The notes beneath the pieces are model-generated. The model saw only the letters and a program-made list of their open reading frames with translations. It was not told where the DNA came from and searched no databases. 63,178 nt of DNA from Oscillospiraceae bacterium (lineage in GTDB: Bacteria > Bacillota > Clostridia > Oscillospirales > Oscillospiraceae). A program made the position numbers and the translations under genes. Positions 43,160 to 54,077 of this stretch are shown here, piece by piece (the stretch's first letter is position 1; every line of letters starts with the position of its first letter). The stretch is from NCBI GenBank assembly GCA_017537165.1, contig JAFYLI010000125.1:1-63178 (forward strand), in the 5' to 3' direction.

Positions 43160-43192
43160 CAAAAGGCGTGAACCAACTTTGATTCACGCCTT
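43160..43192 (-). terminator. intrinsic terminator after the response-regulator gene
   Basis: AAGGCGTGAA/TTCACGCCTT stem followed by a U-run on the minus strand. Confidence 0.7.
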
Positions 43193-43204
43193 CCGTTTTT
43201 TTCA

Positions 43205-43984
43205 CTATTTTTTGTTCATTCGTTCAAGCACGCCGGCAGTATATTCACTCCAGCTGTACTGAGCCATGTATTCACCCTGCCACAAAACGCCCATGCGCTT
43301 GCCGTCGCACCAGTCATAGTAGTCGCAATCCAAATCGTCCGGCACAATGCCCAGTTTACCGCGCTGCTGCGCAATCACATTGCCACAGCCGATGGACTCC
43401 AGTGTTTCAAGCAGGTCTCTACGCAGACTCTTCATATAACTCTCGTGTCCGCCATCATCTTCGAAAATTACTGCCTGAAGTTCGGCCGAGGTACACATGG
43501 CTCCCTTTCGGTCGATAAGATATGCCAGCAGTTCCTTAGTCTTGCTGTATTTGAAGGCTATCGGCTTTCCGTCGATATAAGCTTCAAAATTTCCGAATGT
43601 CTGCACGCGCATTCGTCTCCGCTTAGGAATAGGGCGGCGCAGATCGTAAAGCTCTTTTCTAACCTTTTCCACGGTAATGGGTTTGGTCAGGTATCCGCTG
43701 GCATGGAGGTCATAGGCCTCCTTACGGTACTCTTCAAAGCCGGTTGCAAAAATGATGTTTATATCAGGGTTTTGCAGTTTCAGTTTCTCTGCCAGCTCCA
43801 CTCCGCTCATTTCCGCCATTTCAACGTCCAGGAATGCGATATTGCACTCATGCTCGTACACAAACTCCAGCGCATCCTCCGGGTATTCAAAACCGCTGAT
43901 CTCCGCATTCGGGGCAGCCTCGGAAATTACATCCAGCAACCCCTCCAGCGCTATTCGTTCATCGTCTACCGCTATAATTTTCAT
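43205..43984 (-). CDS. response regulator: canonical receiver plus a winged-helix (SARP/OmpR-like) output domain
   Basis: Receiver residues present (VDDE, FLDVEM, IFATG, YLTKP). C-terminal RVQTFGNFEAYIDGKPI... region. Confidence 0.75.
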   Translation of the reverse strand: MKIIAVDDERIALEGLLDVISEAAPNAEISGFEYPEDALEFVYEHECNIAFLDVEMAEMSGVELAEKLKLQNPDINIIFATGFEEYRKEAYDLHASGYLTKPITVEKVRKELYDLRRPIPKRRRMRVQTFGNFEAYIDGKPIAFKYSKTKELLAYLIDRKGAMCTSAELQAVIFEDDGGHESYMKSLRRDLLETLESIGCGNVIAQQRGKLGIVPDDLDCDYYDWCDGKRMGVLWQGEYMAQYSWSEYTAGVLERMNKK

Positions 43985-45793
43985 TTATCTTCCACCTTCC
44001 TTTGTGGGAATGGACACAACGGCAACCGTGCCGTTTTCGGAACTTGTTATGTTAAGACTGCCGCCTACCATACTCTGCAGACGTCTTCTGACGTTGCGGA
44101 TACCTACGTGCGGCTTTCCGTCCTCCATGTAGTGATCCGGGTCAAATCCAACTCCCGTGTCGGTAACCGTGATCTGAACACAGTTATCCGTTCTGCGCGT
44201 GGAAACGGTAACACTGCCTCCACCGCGCTTTTTGGTTACACCGTGCTTCACCGCATTCTCTACCAAGGGTTCAATGGTAAGAGGAGGCACTTTGAAATCG
44301 GTTACACCAACATCATAGACCACATCCAGTTTTCCGCGGAAACGAATCTGCTCCAAAGACAGATAGGTTTGGATATGTCTGTATTCCTCGCTGAAAGGAA
44401 TAGGTTCATTCTTTTCAATGGAGAGCATATTGCAGCGCAGATATTCCGCAAAGCTGCTTACTGCCTCCTGGGCCGTCTCAGGCTCTTTGCGATAAAGATG
44501 GTATATGGCATTGAGCACGTTATACAGAAAATGCGGCTTGATCTGCGAAAGCATAATGGCTATACGGCTGTCTTCCAGTTCCTTTTCCAGCGTTGCTGCA
44601 CGGACAGATGCGCGGTAGTTCAATACAATAGTTCTTGCTGCCGCTACAATATGAATAACAAAGAGCACCGCAAAAACGATTTTTGAGAAGGGTGCCCTCC
44701 ACACAATGTTGCCGCCCACGCCGAATATATCCAGCAGCATGGCAGCAAACAGCAAGAACGCAGAAATGGGAACCAAGCGCTTTGCATCCTTTGGTATCAT
44801 TTCCAGCACGCAGAGAACCATAAAGAGGACGCAAAGAATTATTTGAGCACCCACCCAATAGGGCAAAGTATCATAGAGCGCGGTTACGCCAAACAAGGCC
44901 AGCACTATCAGCACACTGTTAAACAGCGCGCTCAGCATTACGGCGACCTTTGCAACGCTCTGCTTCTTTCCCGTCAAAGCATCCGCCAAAATGTTACACA
45001 AGAAAAAAGCTGCCAACATCATGCAAAGCTGACATATGTATGTGTTAAAAACGTTCAGCGAGCTCCAGTAAGAAACGTCTATACAGTCGAATGCTATATA
45101 CCCACCCGCAAAAAGGGTAAGCAGTCCAAACTTAAAAAGCATACTGCCCACGGGAATGCGCAATATTACCGACGCGATAGCTGCACCCAGCAGTAGCATC
45201 GAGGTAACCGCAAACAGTACACCTACAATTCTGAACGGTTTGCCGTACGGATCCAGATTCAACTCCAAAATGCTCCATTCCACGGGATCCGAGCACAGCG
45301 TAGTCAGGAAATCTCTATATGCTGTTTTGTTACCGTAGACGTGAGGATTATGCAAATGTATTTCAACAATATCCTCCGTTCCGATATCCGGAACAAGCGT
45401 TCCAATCCAGGCTCGCCTACACATAGAGGCAAACACTTCAGGCTTAAAATTCTGAAACTCAAGTACATCATCCTGATAAACCGGCTGGCCGTTAACAGAG
45501 ATTCGAACTCCGATGTGGTTGCTGTAAAAGTTCAGCTGCCACCCTTCTTTCATTTCCCTGAGCAAGGTACCGCGAAGGTACAAGTCTCCCTTCAACGCGG
45601 AAATATCCGACGTTTCCGTCAGTGTCTGCCAGTTTTCACCGTCATAACTATACTCGCCTATAAATTCCTGAGGCATCGGAATTGCCAGCATCGCCTGATA
45701 ATTGTTTAACGTAACAAACAAGATGCAAATCACCGCTAAAATAAGCGGCAGCACTAAACCGATATATTCAAAACGCTTTTTTTCCGCTTTCAT
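43985..45793 (-). CDS. LytS/YehU-type sensor histidine kinase
   Basis: I prefer the ATG at 45791-45793 (GGAGGAAAA RBS). Multi-TM domain, His-kinase motif IKPHFLYNVLN, and a C-terminal HATPase domain. Confidence 0.8.
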   Translation of the reverse strand: MKAEKKRFEYIGLVLPLILAVICILFVTLNNYQAMLAIPMPQEFIGEYSYDGENWQTLTETSDISALKGDLYLRGTLLREMKEGWQLNFYSNHIGVRISVNGQPVYQDDVLEFQNFKPEVFASMCRRAWIGTLVPDIGTEDIVEIHLHNPHVYGNKTAYRDFLTTLCSDPVEWSILELNLDPYGKPFRIVGVLFAVTSMLLLGAAIASVILRIPVGSMLFKFGLLTLFAGGYIAFDCIDVSYWSSLNVFNTYICQLCMMLAAFFLCNILADALTGKKQSVAKVAVMLSALFNSVLIVLALFGVTALYDTLPYWVGAQIILCVLFMVLCVLEMIPKDAKRLVPISAFLLFAAMLLDIFGVGGNIVWRAPFSKIVFAVLFVIHIVAAARTIVLNYRASVRAATLEKELEDSRIAIMLSQIKPHFLYNVLNAIYHLYRKEPETAQEAVSSFAEYLRCNMLSIEKNEPIPFSEEYRHIQTYLSLEQIRFRGKLDVVYDVGVTDFKVPPLTIEPLVENAVKHGVTKKRGGGSVTVSTRRTDNCVQITVTDTGVGFDPDHYMEDGKPHVGIRNVRRRLQSMVGGSLNITSSENGTVAVVSIPTKEGGR

Positions 45794-45940
45794 GCGTTTT
45801 CCTCCAAATAAAGATATCCCAATCAAATTTACGGACAAAATTCTTTTATATTTTTGAATTATAGCAGAGTACTTATGCGAATGCAATCGCACATCTTCCC
45901 ACTTCAGGCAGATTCAACGTCCGTTAATCCTAATCCGTTT

Positions 45941-45984
45941 CAAAAGAAATGAGGCAGCTCCAAGGAGCCACCTCATTTCTTTAT
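45941..45984. terminator. terminator hairpin after the FAD-oxidase gene
   Basis: 10-bp stem AGAAATGAGG/CCTCATTTCT with a nested GCTCC/GGAGC hairpin. Confidence 0.6.
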
Positions 45985-46025
45985 ACTTTATATTTCATTG
46001 TGGAGCAAAAGATTTACGTACAGTG

Positions 46026-47522
46026 TTATGCTCTGGGGTCGAATGCTTTCTGTATCTGCTCCATCCAAATGTGGGCATTGCTATACAACTTTCCTTTTTT
46101 CTCTGCCGACGGGCCATAGCCGGAAGATGTGGAGCCGTGATAGAAATACTTTGCGTCGGTAGCTGAGGACGCTGCCATGAACTCCATCATATTCTTGAAA
46201 CCGTCGGGATTGAATCTATCCCACATGAACAGCAGTTCGCTGGACGCAAAGTGGCTATACTCCATGGGTATGATCTGATAATTCTCAGGTGCGTCAAAAA
46301 TCTTACCGGTATCCGTAAAGTCATAGATAAACTCACTTATGGACTCACCGATATCGCACATATGCTGGACAGATTCGGCACTGGCCTTGCAGGGGAACCA
46401 ACTGCCGCCCAAACGCAGCACGCTCTGCAGGCGGGTAACTATCATGAAGTAGTCCATGTGTTCTTCCCACCACATCTCCAAGTCTCTCGGAATACGTGTA
46501 CCCTTGGTTTCGTGCACTATGTCGAACAGTATCTTCTCTTCATACTCCCGCTCCTCAGGCGACTGTGTGGCAATATGCACGACCAGCGGCATGGGCACTG
46601 TTTTTTTGCAATATTCCCACTTTTTGAAGAAATCGTTGGCCGAATCGGTCATCATCAGCGTAAGGGGCAGATAGAAATATTTCTGTACCGTTGCGGCAAT
46701 TTCAGCCTCACCCAAAGCCAGCATAGCATCACATACATCCTGGATATTCTCATAATTGAATACGTATACTCTGCTGCAATCGCCATCCATAAACATTTTA
46801 TGATGTGGGCTGATACCCTCGCGGCGTATTTCAGCAGGACCTTTGCACTGGTCAAGAGCAATGGCGCACTTTGTGATTATACCAAGTTTACCGTTATTTC
46901 CGCTGTAACCTCGCACCAAACCGCGCAGGCTGGGCCCGGGACTATCTGCGCAGAACCAACCGGAGTCGGTCTGCAGCGAGCCGGTGCGCAGGATTTCGCC
47001 TTCGGGCGTAACCATTTCTACTCCCAGCAGGTAACGGCAAGGACGGGAGGCGCCGTACTGGACATGATTATCGCCGCCCGTAACGGCATAGGTTACCAGT
47101 GGAGAGCCGCCCGGGCCTACCGCAGCGGCTGCGTAGCTAAGGCCATGCTTGCGAACCTCGGGATACAGCTGCACATGGCGCACACCGGGTTCAATAATCG
47201 CATAGCGATCTTCCACGTTGATTTCCATATGGTTCATACGCTTAAGGTGCATGAACACTGTATCGGGGCCGGACGCATAAGCGCTGGGAATGCAGCCCGT
47301 TACGCAAGCAAGGTAACGCAGATCGTGGCGAAGGCAGATGCTCACTATTTCCGCGACTTCCTCAGTTGTGGCGGGACAGACTATACATTCGGCACTGGGG
47401 TGAGCCACCGGCATCTCGGGCGTTTTGGCTCGGTTGCCTGCCAAAATAAAATCTTTTCTGGTAATATAACGCTCACCTACAACGGCAGCAAGCTCCTGAT
47501 ATACCTGATCGGAAAAACTCAT
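46026..47522 (-). CDS. FAD-binding (PCMH-type) oxidoreductase
   Basis: 498 aa. FAD_binding_4-like N-terminal half. Confidence 0.65.
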   Translation of the reverse strand: MSFSDQVYQELAAVVGERYITRKDFILAGNRAKTPEMPVAHPSAECIVCPATTEEVAEIVSICLRHDLRYLACVTGCIPSAYASGPDTVFMHLKRMNHMEINVEDRYAIIEPGVRHVQLYPEVRKHGLSYAAAAVGPGGSPLVTYAVTGGDNHVQYGASRPCRYLLGVEMVTPEGEILRTGSLQTDSGWFCADSPGPSLRGLVRGYSGNNGKLGIITKCAIALDQCKGPAEIRREGISPHHKMFMDGDCSRVYVFNYENIQDVCDAMLALGEAEIAATVQKYFYLPLTLMMTDSANDFFKKWEYCKKTVPMPLVVHIATQSPEEREYEEKILFDIVHETKGTRIPRDLEMWWEEHMDYFMIVTRLQSVLRLGGSWFPCKASAESVQHMCDIGESISEFIYDFTDTGKIFDAPENYQIIPMEYSHFASSELLFMWDRFNPDGFKNMMEFMAASSATDAKYFYHGSTSSGYGPSAEKKGKLYSNAHIWMEQIQKAFDPRA

Positions 47523-48769
47523 ACCTGTCCCTCCTCTCTCAAATTATCTGCAAGCAGTTCGGTAAGGTCCATATACTTCAGATTATAATCATCTTTAGAA
47601 TCAAGTGCCTCGCGGCAGAAAGGACAGCAGGACACGATAACTTCCGCGCCAACCGATGCGGCCTCTCTGCGACGTTCACCTGCTGTATACGCAGCGAACT
47701 CCCCGTCTATATCTGCACCCTTATGACCGCAGCACCAAGCCTCTTCATAGCTGCGCACCATTTCCTGCAGCTTTACACCCGGTATCGCGCGAAGTATCTC
47801 TCTGGGCGGTTCGTATACTCCGAACTCACCTCTGCGCCATTCTTTCTCGGGAACGTGCACGCCCCAGGACTGTATTTCGCCGTCCCAGTGGACATATTCT
47901 TCCGACAAGCGGCCCAGCATGCAGGGATCGTGATATGTTACGGTCATATCCTCACCATCATCACGAAGCAGGAGCTTGCCCTGCTGCAGCAATTCGGCAG
48001 CCACCTGCGTGATATGCAGCGTACGGAACTCGGTCTCCACAAATCTGGGATACCCACCGCGGAACGCGCCGAAGCACTCGGCGCAGGCTGTAATGATAGT
48101 CTTTACACCCTTGGCGCGGAAAGTTTCCACATTGCGCTTGATAAGCTCTTCGGCTTCTTTATGGGCACCCATGCGCCAAAGCGATGCGCCGCAGCACCAT
48201 TCATCTTCATAAAGCAAACGGAACTTCACGCCGCCTGCCTTCAATATCTTTATCGCCGCCAAAATGGTTTCGGGATGGCGATATGCGCTGCATCCTGCAA
48301 ACAAAACAGTATCCGCTTCCGGGTCATCCTTAAAATCTTCGGGCAGGAATGAGAAGCGCTGTTCATGAGGCAATCCATATATATTATGGGTGTTCATTAC
48401 CTTCTCCAATTCGGTTTTGCGCACTTCGGGCAGATAACCCGCCTCTGCGCAATCGCGGCGAAGCTCGAGAATGGTATCCAGCACTTCCATATCGCGGACG
48501 TTCTTGCAGTTAATATCGCAGGCACCGCATGCAGTGCAGGTATAGAGCATTTCGGCAAGGTCTTCGTGGTGGCTCATCTTGCCGCTGAGTATCTCGCCCG
48601 CAATATTGAGCATACCTTGTCCGGAATAAGCATCGAACAGATAATACTCGTGGATCGGGCACATTGCAGCAAAATCCCAACCGCTCATTCTGCCGGGAAG
48701 AAGCCACTTACACTGTCCGCAGTGGTTACACGACTCTATGGTATAACGCAATTTATTCAGATCAGCCAT
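47519..48769 (-). CDS. GlcF/heterodisulfide-reductase-like Fe-S protein (two 4Fe-4S motifs plus CCG domains)
   Basis: CNHCGQCKWLLP and CTACGACDINCK ferredoxin motifs, plus repeated CCG motifs (EWCCGASL, AWCCGHKG). Confidence 0.75.
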   Translation of the reverse strand: MADLNKLRYTIESCNHCGQCKWLLPGRMSGWDFAAMCPIHEYYLFDAYSGQGMLNIAGEILSGKMSHHEDLAEMLYTCTACGACDINCKNVRDMEVLDTILELRRDCAEAGYLPEVRKTELEKVMNTHNIYGLPHEQRFSFLPEDFKDDPEADTVLFAGCSAYRHPETILAAIKILKAGGVKFRLLYEDEWCCGASLWRMGAHKEAEELIKRNVETFRAKGVKTIITACAECFGAFRGGYPRFVETEFRTLHITQVAAELLQQGKLLLRDDGEDMTVTYHDPCMLGRLSEEYVHWDGEIQSWGVHVPEKEWRRGEFGVYEPPREILRAIPGVKLQEMVRSYEEAWCCGHKGADIDGEFAAYTAGERRREAASVGAEVIVSCCPFCREALDSKDDYNLKYMDLTELLADNLREEGQV

Positions 48770-48784
48770 TGTATTCCCCTCCCT

Positions 48785-50086
48785 TTAAAAGCAGAGCTTG
48801 CCCGGATTAAGGATACCATCGGGATCAAATATTTTTTTGATACGTTTCACGGCATCCAAAGACTGAGGCTCAGTATATACAAGTTCACTTAATCTGCCGT
48901 AGGGACGGTCAAAATAAGCGCCGATCGCCGCCAGCTCCTTGGCAAGCTCAAAGAGCGCAGCTTCGTACTTTTCAGCTTCGCCTGCATTTTCAAAGCGCAG
49001 ATTGCATTCTATGCGGAAGGCTCGCCCCTGCACTTGAGGCTGAACAGATAATCCGGTCTGAGGCAGGTGCTGAGAAATATACTCTGCGATTGCAGCGGTT
49101 TTGCTGGGTGGGGCGGCCATTACCAATTCTTTTTGGGCGCCAAGTCGCAGTTTCCAGTTAGTTTCGCGGCGATCACAATCGGTAAGCATGTTCTCGATAC
49201 GCTCTTCAAGATTCGGCAGCAGAGGATATTCGGTTTCGGCAACCAAACCTGCTTCTGCGCAGGCTTCACGCACATAGCGCGAGTAAATGTCCACACGCTC
49301 CTCTGGATAGCGGTCAAATCCACAAACACGGCACAGCATTACCCACGGTGCACACTGACGCAGCTTTTCCTCTTCCGCAAGATCGTTTGCAAAAGCAGCG
49401 GCAAAATTCTCACGGTTAAGAATAATGCATTCATCCGGCACTCTCTTGCGTATCAGAGCATTGGCCAGTGAGTTGAGCTGACCTACGTTATCTGCCGCGA
49501 TAAAGAACAGACGGCTTGCCGAGGGCAATATCTCGGTTTTCAGCGTAGCCCACGTTACAAAGCCTATAGTGCCTTGAGCCGCGGAAAGGAAGCGCAGATA
49601 ATCTATAGTTCCGGGTCCCCATGGCAGAACCTTATCCGCCTTATTCTGCTCGTATGTACCCGGGCCTGCAGCCGAACCCGTACGAAATACGTCTCCGGTT
49701 CCGAACACTGTTTCCACGGTCAGCAAAGGGTCGGGATAGTCATACTGGTACTTGGGTATCAGTATCGCTTCGCGCTCAAGGGCGCTGGTAGTTACGGATT
49801 TTCCCGCGCGGGCCAAAAATGGTAGATTTAAACGCATCCCATGCTCCGCCAGCAGAGGGATAAGAGTTCCAAAAGTAACTCCCGGCTCTACACGGACATA
49901 TCTGCTGCGTCTATCGATTTTCATTATTCGGTTCATAGCGGAAAAGCAAACTGTTTCGGCATTTGCATTTTCTGAGGCGCCGTGAAAATGCGGCGGCTCG
50001 GAGCTAAGCGGAACAAGTCCTTTTCCGTTTTTTCGTGCCTCTCGGATTATCTCCTGGACCTGCGCTGTATTTTCGGGAAACAGCAA
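48785..50086 (-). CDS. FAD-binding oxidoreductase (GlcD/GlcE-like)
   Basis: TTG start with an AGGAGGG RBS. 433 aa. Confidence 0.65.
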   Translation of the reverse strand: MLFPENTAQVQEIIREARKNGKGLVPLSSEPPHFHGASENANAETVCFSAMNRIMKIDRRSRYVRVEPGVTFGTLIPLLAEHGMRLNLPFLARAGKSVTTSALEREAILIPKYQYDYPDPLLTVETVFGTGDVFRTGSAAGPGTYEQNKADKVLPWGPGTIDYLRFLSAAQGTIGFVTWATLKTEILPSASRLFFIAADNVGQLNSLANALIRKRVPDECIILNRENFAAAFANDLAEEEKLRQCAPWVMLCRVCGFDRYPEERVDIYSRYVREACAEAGLVAETEYPLLPNLEERIENMLTDCDRRETNWKLRLGAQKELVMAAPPSKTAAIAEYISQHLPQTGLSVQPQVQGRAFRIECNLRFENAGEAEKYEAALFELAKELAAIGAYFDRPYGRLSELVYTEPQSLDAVKRIKKIFDPDGILNPGKLCF

Positions 50087-50235
50087 GGCAACTCCCTCCT
50101 ATCGATCAATTTGTTATTCGCAAATTCTTGTAGCAAAAGCGTTATATTACGCAATCATTTGTTAACATTTTATTCCATTCAAAACAAAAACGCAAGTCCG
50201 CAACGGCTTTTATTTTGCTGCGCCATTTCAAACAT

Positions 50236-50269
50236 AAAAAGAAACGGAGCGATCACTCTCGCTCCGTTT
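50236..50269 (-). terminator. intrinsic terminator after aspA
   Basis: AAACGGAGCGA/TCGCTCCGTTT stem with a U-run on the minus strand. Confidence 0.8.
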
Positions 50270-50290
50270 GTTACTCTAAACGTTTATAAT

Positions 50291-51733
50291 TCACTCATCG
50301 CTGCGCGTCAGCAATTCTTTTCCCGAGATACCGGGCTCTGTCATGCTGTGAACATCCAGTATTAGGTTCAGTTCGTCCTCGCTTAAAATCTTTTCCTGCA
50401 AAATCAGTTCTCTTACGGGTATTTGCTCTGCTATCGCCTTCTTGGCAATCGCCGCGGCACTGGAATAACCAATATGCGGACACAGCGCGGTAACGATGCC
50501 TACGCCGGAATCCACCAGCTGCCGACATCTTTCTTCATTTGCGGTAATGCCACTCACGCAATTATCCGCAAAAGTCATTGCCGCGTTGGTCAATACGGTT
50601 ATGGACTGGAAGAGGTTTTCCAAAATCACCGGCTCAAAGACATTCAGTTCCAGTTGAGCCGATTCCACAGCCATCGATATGGTTACATCATTGCCTATGA
50701 TCATATACGCAACCTGGCTTACGACCTCGGGAATAACCGGGTTTATTTTGCCCGGCATGATCGATGAGCCGTTTTGCTTGGGCGGAAGGTTTATCTCTCC
50801 AAAACCCGTACGCGGGCCCGAGGCCATCAGGCGCAGGTCATTTGCGATCTTGGACAAGGAGACGGCGCAGTTTTTCAGCGCGCCGGAGATTACAGCAAAG
50901 CAGTCTATGTTCTGGGTCGAATCGATCATGTCGTCTGCCTGACGGAACGGGAATCCGCTCAAAGAAGAAAGGGTTTCGGTAATATGCTCGAAGTATGCAG
51001 AATCGGCATTCAAGCCTGTACCAATGGCAGTAGCGCCCATATTGACGGTATAGAGCTCTGCCTCCGCTTGCTCGATTCTCTTGAGATTACGCTCAACAGC
51101 GGTAGCGTAGGCAGCAAATTCCTGACCAAGGCGGATCGGTATAGCATCCTGCAAATGGGTACGACCCATTTTGATTACAGCGTCAAATTCAGCGGCTTTC
51201 TCAGCAAGCTTGTTTTTCAGATGAGCCAAAGACTGTTTCAGTTCCTGCAGCAGCACCAGGGTGGTCATCTTGCCTGCTGTGGGAACCACATCGTTTGTGG
51301 ACTGACCGCAGTTTACGTGATCGTTCGGATGAACGATGGAATAGTCGCCAAGTTCACCGCCAAGGAGCTCTATGGCAACGTTGGCTATTACCTCGTTAGC
51401 GTTCATATTGGTAGAAGTACCGGCACCGCCTTGAATAGGATCCACAATGAACTGATCGTGGAATTTCCCTTCGATCAAGAGATCGCAGGCCTTGGCAATA
51501 GCATCCGCGATGCGCGTATCGAGCACCCCCGCCCTTGCATTAGTAATGGCACATGCTTTTTTAAGCAGGGCAAGGCTTTTGATCAGTTCTGCGTGCAGCT
51601 TTGTGCCGCTGATAGAAAAATTTTCTACAGCACGCAGGGAGTGGACACCGTAATAGGCATCTTTGGGAATTTCTTTTGTTCCGACGGAATCGGATTCATA
51701 TCTAAACGCTGATTTATCCATCAAGTGTGTCAT
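50291..51733 (-). CDS. aspA: aspartate ammonia-lyase
   Basis: Signature GSSIMPGKINPVIPE (the aspartase-type PVxPE variant). N-terminal DSVGTKEIPKDAYYGVHSLRAVENF. I prefer the ATG at 51731-51733 (GGAGA RBS). Confidence 0.8.
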   Translation of the reverse strand: MTHLMDKSAFRYESDSVGTKEIPKDAYYGVHSLRAVENFSISGTKLHAELIKSLALLKKACAITNARAGVLDTRIADAIAKACDLLIEGKFHDQFIVDPIQGGAGTSTNMNANEVIANVAIELLGGELGDYSIVHPNDHVNCGQSTNDVVPTAGKMTTLVLLQELKQSLAHLKNKLAEKAAEFDAVIKMGRTHLQDAIPIRLGQEFAAYATAVERNLKRIEQAEAELYTVNMGATAIGTGLNADSAYFEHITETLSSLSGFPFRQADDMIDSTQNIDCFAVISGALKNCAVSLSKIANDLRLMASGPRTGFGEINLPPKQNGSSIMPGKINPVIPEVVSQVAYMIIGNDVTISMAVESAQLELNVFEPVILENLFQSITVLTNAAMTFADNCVSGITANEERCRQLVDSGVGIVTALCPHIGYSSAAAIAKKAIAEQIPVRELILQEKILSEDELNLILDVHSMTEPGISGKELLTRSDE

Positions 51734-51869
51734 ATAAAAATCTCCATGAGTTTTTTTGCAGAATAGCCTGCTCTGCTGCGAATGCATACCATTCTACCCA
51801 ATTTAATCTGTCGCTAACAGCGCATACTCATAGGTTACTACATAAAAGGATGCAGAAAAGAGGCACTCA

Positions 51870-51905
51870 AAAAGAAACGGCGCGACCGAAGTCACGCCGT
51901 TTTTA
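51870..51905 (-). terminator. intrinsic terminator after nagB
   Basis: AACGGCG/CGCCGTT stem with flanking A- and T-runs. Confidence 0.6.
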
Positions 51906-51948
51906 ATATTCATTTTATGAGGCCACATGCGAATGAGTTTATTATTGC

Positions 51949-52698
51949 TTATTCAACCTCAACGCCTGCTTCGACCAGCTTGCTCATGGCAGCCTTATCG
52001 CCGACTATGGTAACGTTGGGGTGCAGCTGCAGAACGGATGCGGGAACGTCGGTGGTAACGGGGCCGGTGAATGCGCGGCAGACGATGTCAGCCTTAGCTT
52101 CGCCGTTTACTACCATCAAGATGCTGCGAGCTTGCATAATATTCTTAATGCCCATGGTGAATGCACGGCGGGGCACCTCGTCGGCAGACTCAAAGAAACG
52201 CTTATTGGCTTCGATGGTGCTCTCGGTCAGGTCAACGGTATGGGTTTCCAATTCGAAACCGTTGCCGGGCTCGTTGAAGGCGATGTGGCCGTTATGACCC
52301 AGACCCAGCAGCTGCAGGTCGATACCGCCAAGGTCACGGATGACCTTATTGTATCTTGCGCACTCAGCTTCGGGATCGGCAGCAAGACCGTTGGGTACGT
52401 TGGTGTTCTCTCGCTCGATGTCTACGTGGTCAAAGAGGTTAGTCTGCATGAAATAGCGATAGCTCTGCTCATGCTCTCCCGCAAGGCCTACGTACTCGTC
52501 AAGGTTTACGCTATGTACCTTTGCAAAGGACAGTTCGCCCTTATTATACCACTCTACAAGCTGCTTATATGTTCCTACGGGAGTGGAGCCGGTTGCAAGA
52601 CCCAGCACACAATCGGACTTGGACTTGACCTGCTCTGCGATTATTTCAGCGGCCTTGCGGCTCATTGCTTCGTAATTTTCTGCCTGATAAAACTTCAT
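51949..52698 (-). CDS. nagB: glucosamine-6-phosphate deaminase
   Basis: 249 aa. LGLATGSTP motif and typical length. Confidence 0.85.
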   Translation of the reverse strand: MKFYQAENYEAMSRKAAEIIAEQVKSKSDCVLGLATGSTPVGTYKQLVEWYNKGELSFAKVHSVNLDEYVGLAGEHEQSYRYFMQTNLFDHVDIERENTNVPNGLAADPEAECARYNKVIRDLGGIDLQLLGLGHNGHIAFNEPGNGFELETHTVDLTESTIEANKRFFESADEVPRRAFTMGIKNIMQARSILMVVNGEAKADIVCRAFTGPVTTDVPASVLQLHPNVTIVGDKAAMSKLVEAGVEVE

Positions 52699-52710
52699 TT
52701 TCCTGCCTCC

Positions 52711-54075
52711 TTAAACTGCGTGGCCCTTATCCTTGATAACGTCCACAACGGACTGCGCCAGCTCGCGGCACAGTGCCTCACTCTCAGCCTCTACCATGAC
52801 ACGAACTACAGGCTCGGTGCCGGACTCGCGGACAAGGATACGACCCGTATCGCCAAGCTTGTCGGCAACTGCCTTTACGGCTGCCTGCACATTGGGATCT
52901 GCTTGAGCGGTCTTCTTATCGGTAACGCGAACGTTGATAAGGACCTGAGGATAGACGGTTACGGGCTCGGCCAGTCTCTTCAAGGACTGCTTCTTGGCAA
53001 GCATAACCTCCATGACCTTCAGGGAGGTCAGGATGCCGTCGCCGGTGCGGGCATACTTGGAGAAGATGATATGACCCGACTGCTCGCCGCCGATACGGTC
53101 TCCGCATTCAACCATGCGCTCGTAAACGTACTTATCGCCTACAGCGGTCTTGGCGTAGTCAATGCCGATTTCGTCAAATGCCTTATACAGGCCGAAATTG
53201 GACATGATAGTGGTAACAACGGTGTTGTTGGCCAGTTCGCCGCGCTCCTTAAGGTAACGTCCGTATATGTAAAGGATCTTATCGCCGTCAACCAGCTCGC
53301 CGTTTTCGTCAACAGCAAGGCAACGGTCAGCGTCGCCGTCAAAGGCAAAGCCTACGTCCATACCGTTTTCTTTTACATACTTCTGCAGACCCTCAATATG
53401 GGTGGAACCTGCATTGGTATTGATATTAAGTCCGTCGGGAGCATCGTTGATAACGTGTACATCTGCGCCCAGGGCCTTGAATACGCTGGGAGCAATGCTC
53501 CATGCGCTGCCGTTTGCGCAGTCAAGGGCGACCTTCATGCCCTTGAAGGAGTACATTGCAAGAGAAACAAGGTAGCCTATATAACGGTTGCGGCCTGCGC
53601 TGTAATCAATGACCGCGCCTACGTGCTCTTCAGTTGCAAGGGGCAGTTCTTTCCAGGGGCGGCCGTCCATTTCCAGCTTGCCGTCCAGGTAATCCTCCAC
53701 CAGATTTATGGTGGCATCGTCCATCTTCTCGCCTTCACGGTTAAGCAGCTTGATGCCGTTATCGTAATAGGGATTATGAGATGCAGAGATCATAACGCCG
53801 CAGTCGAATCCTTCGGTGCGGGTAACGTAGGATACGGAAGGAGTTGTGGTAACGTGCAGCAGATATACATCTGCGCCGGAGGCTGCCATACCTGCGCTGA
53901 GCGCATATTCCAGCATGTAGCTGGAGCGGCGGGTATCCTTACCTACTACTATTCTCGCCTTTTCCGCGCGGCCGTAATACCAGCCGAGGAAGCGGCCTAC
54001 TTCAAAGGCATGCATTGCAGTCAGATTATCGTTGGCCTTGCCGCGAAATCCGTCTGTTCCAAAATATCTGCCCAT
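52711..54075 (-). CDS. glmM: phosphoglucosamine mutase
   Basis: Active-site GVMISASHNPYYDNGIK. 454 aa. Confidence 0.9.
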   Translation of the reverse strand: MGRYFGTDGFRGKANDNLTAMHAFEVGRFLGWYYGRAEKARIVVGKDTRRSSYMLEYALSAGMAASGADVYLLHVTTTPSVSYVTRTEGFDCGVMISASHNPYYDNGIKLLNREGEKMDDATINLVEDYLDGKLEMDGRPWKELPLATEEHVGAVIDYSAGRNRYIGYLVSLAMYSFKGMKVALDCANGSAWSIAPSVFKALGADVHVINDAPDGLNINTNAGSTHIEGLQKYVKENGMDVGFAFDGDADRCLAVDENGELVDGDKILYIYGRYLKERGELANNTVVTTIMSNFGLYKAFDEIGIDYAKTAVGDKYVYERMVECGDRIGGEQSGHIIFSKYARTGDGILTSLKVMEVMLAKKQSLKRLAEPVTVYPQVLINVRVTDKKTAQADPNVQAAVKAVADKLGDTGRILVRESGTEPVVRVMVEAESEALCRELAQSVVDVIKDKGHAV

Positions 54076-54077
54076 AA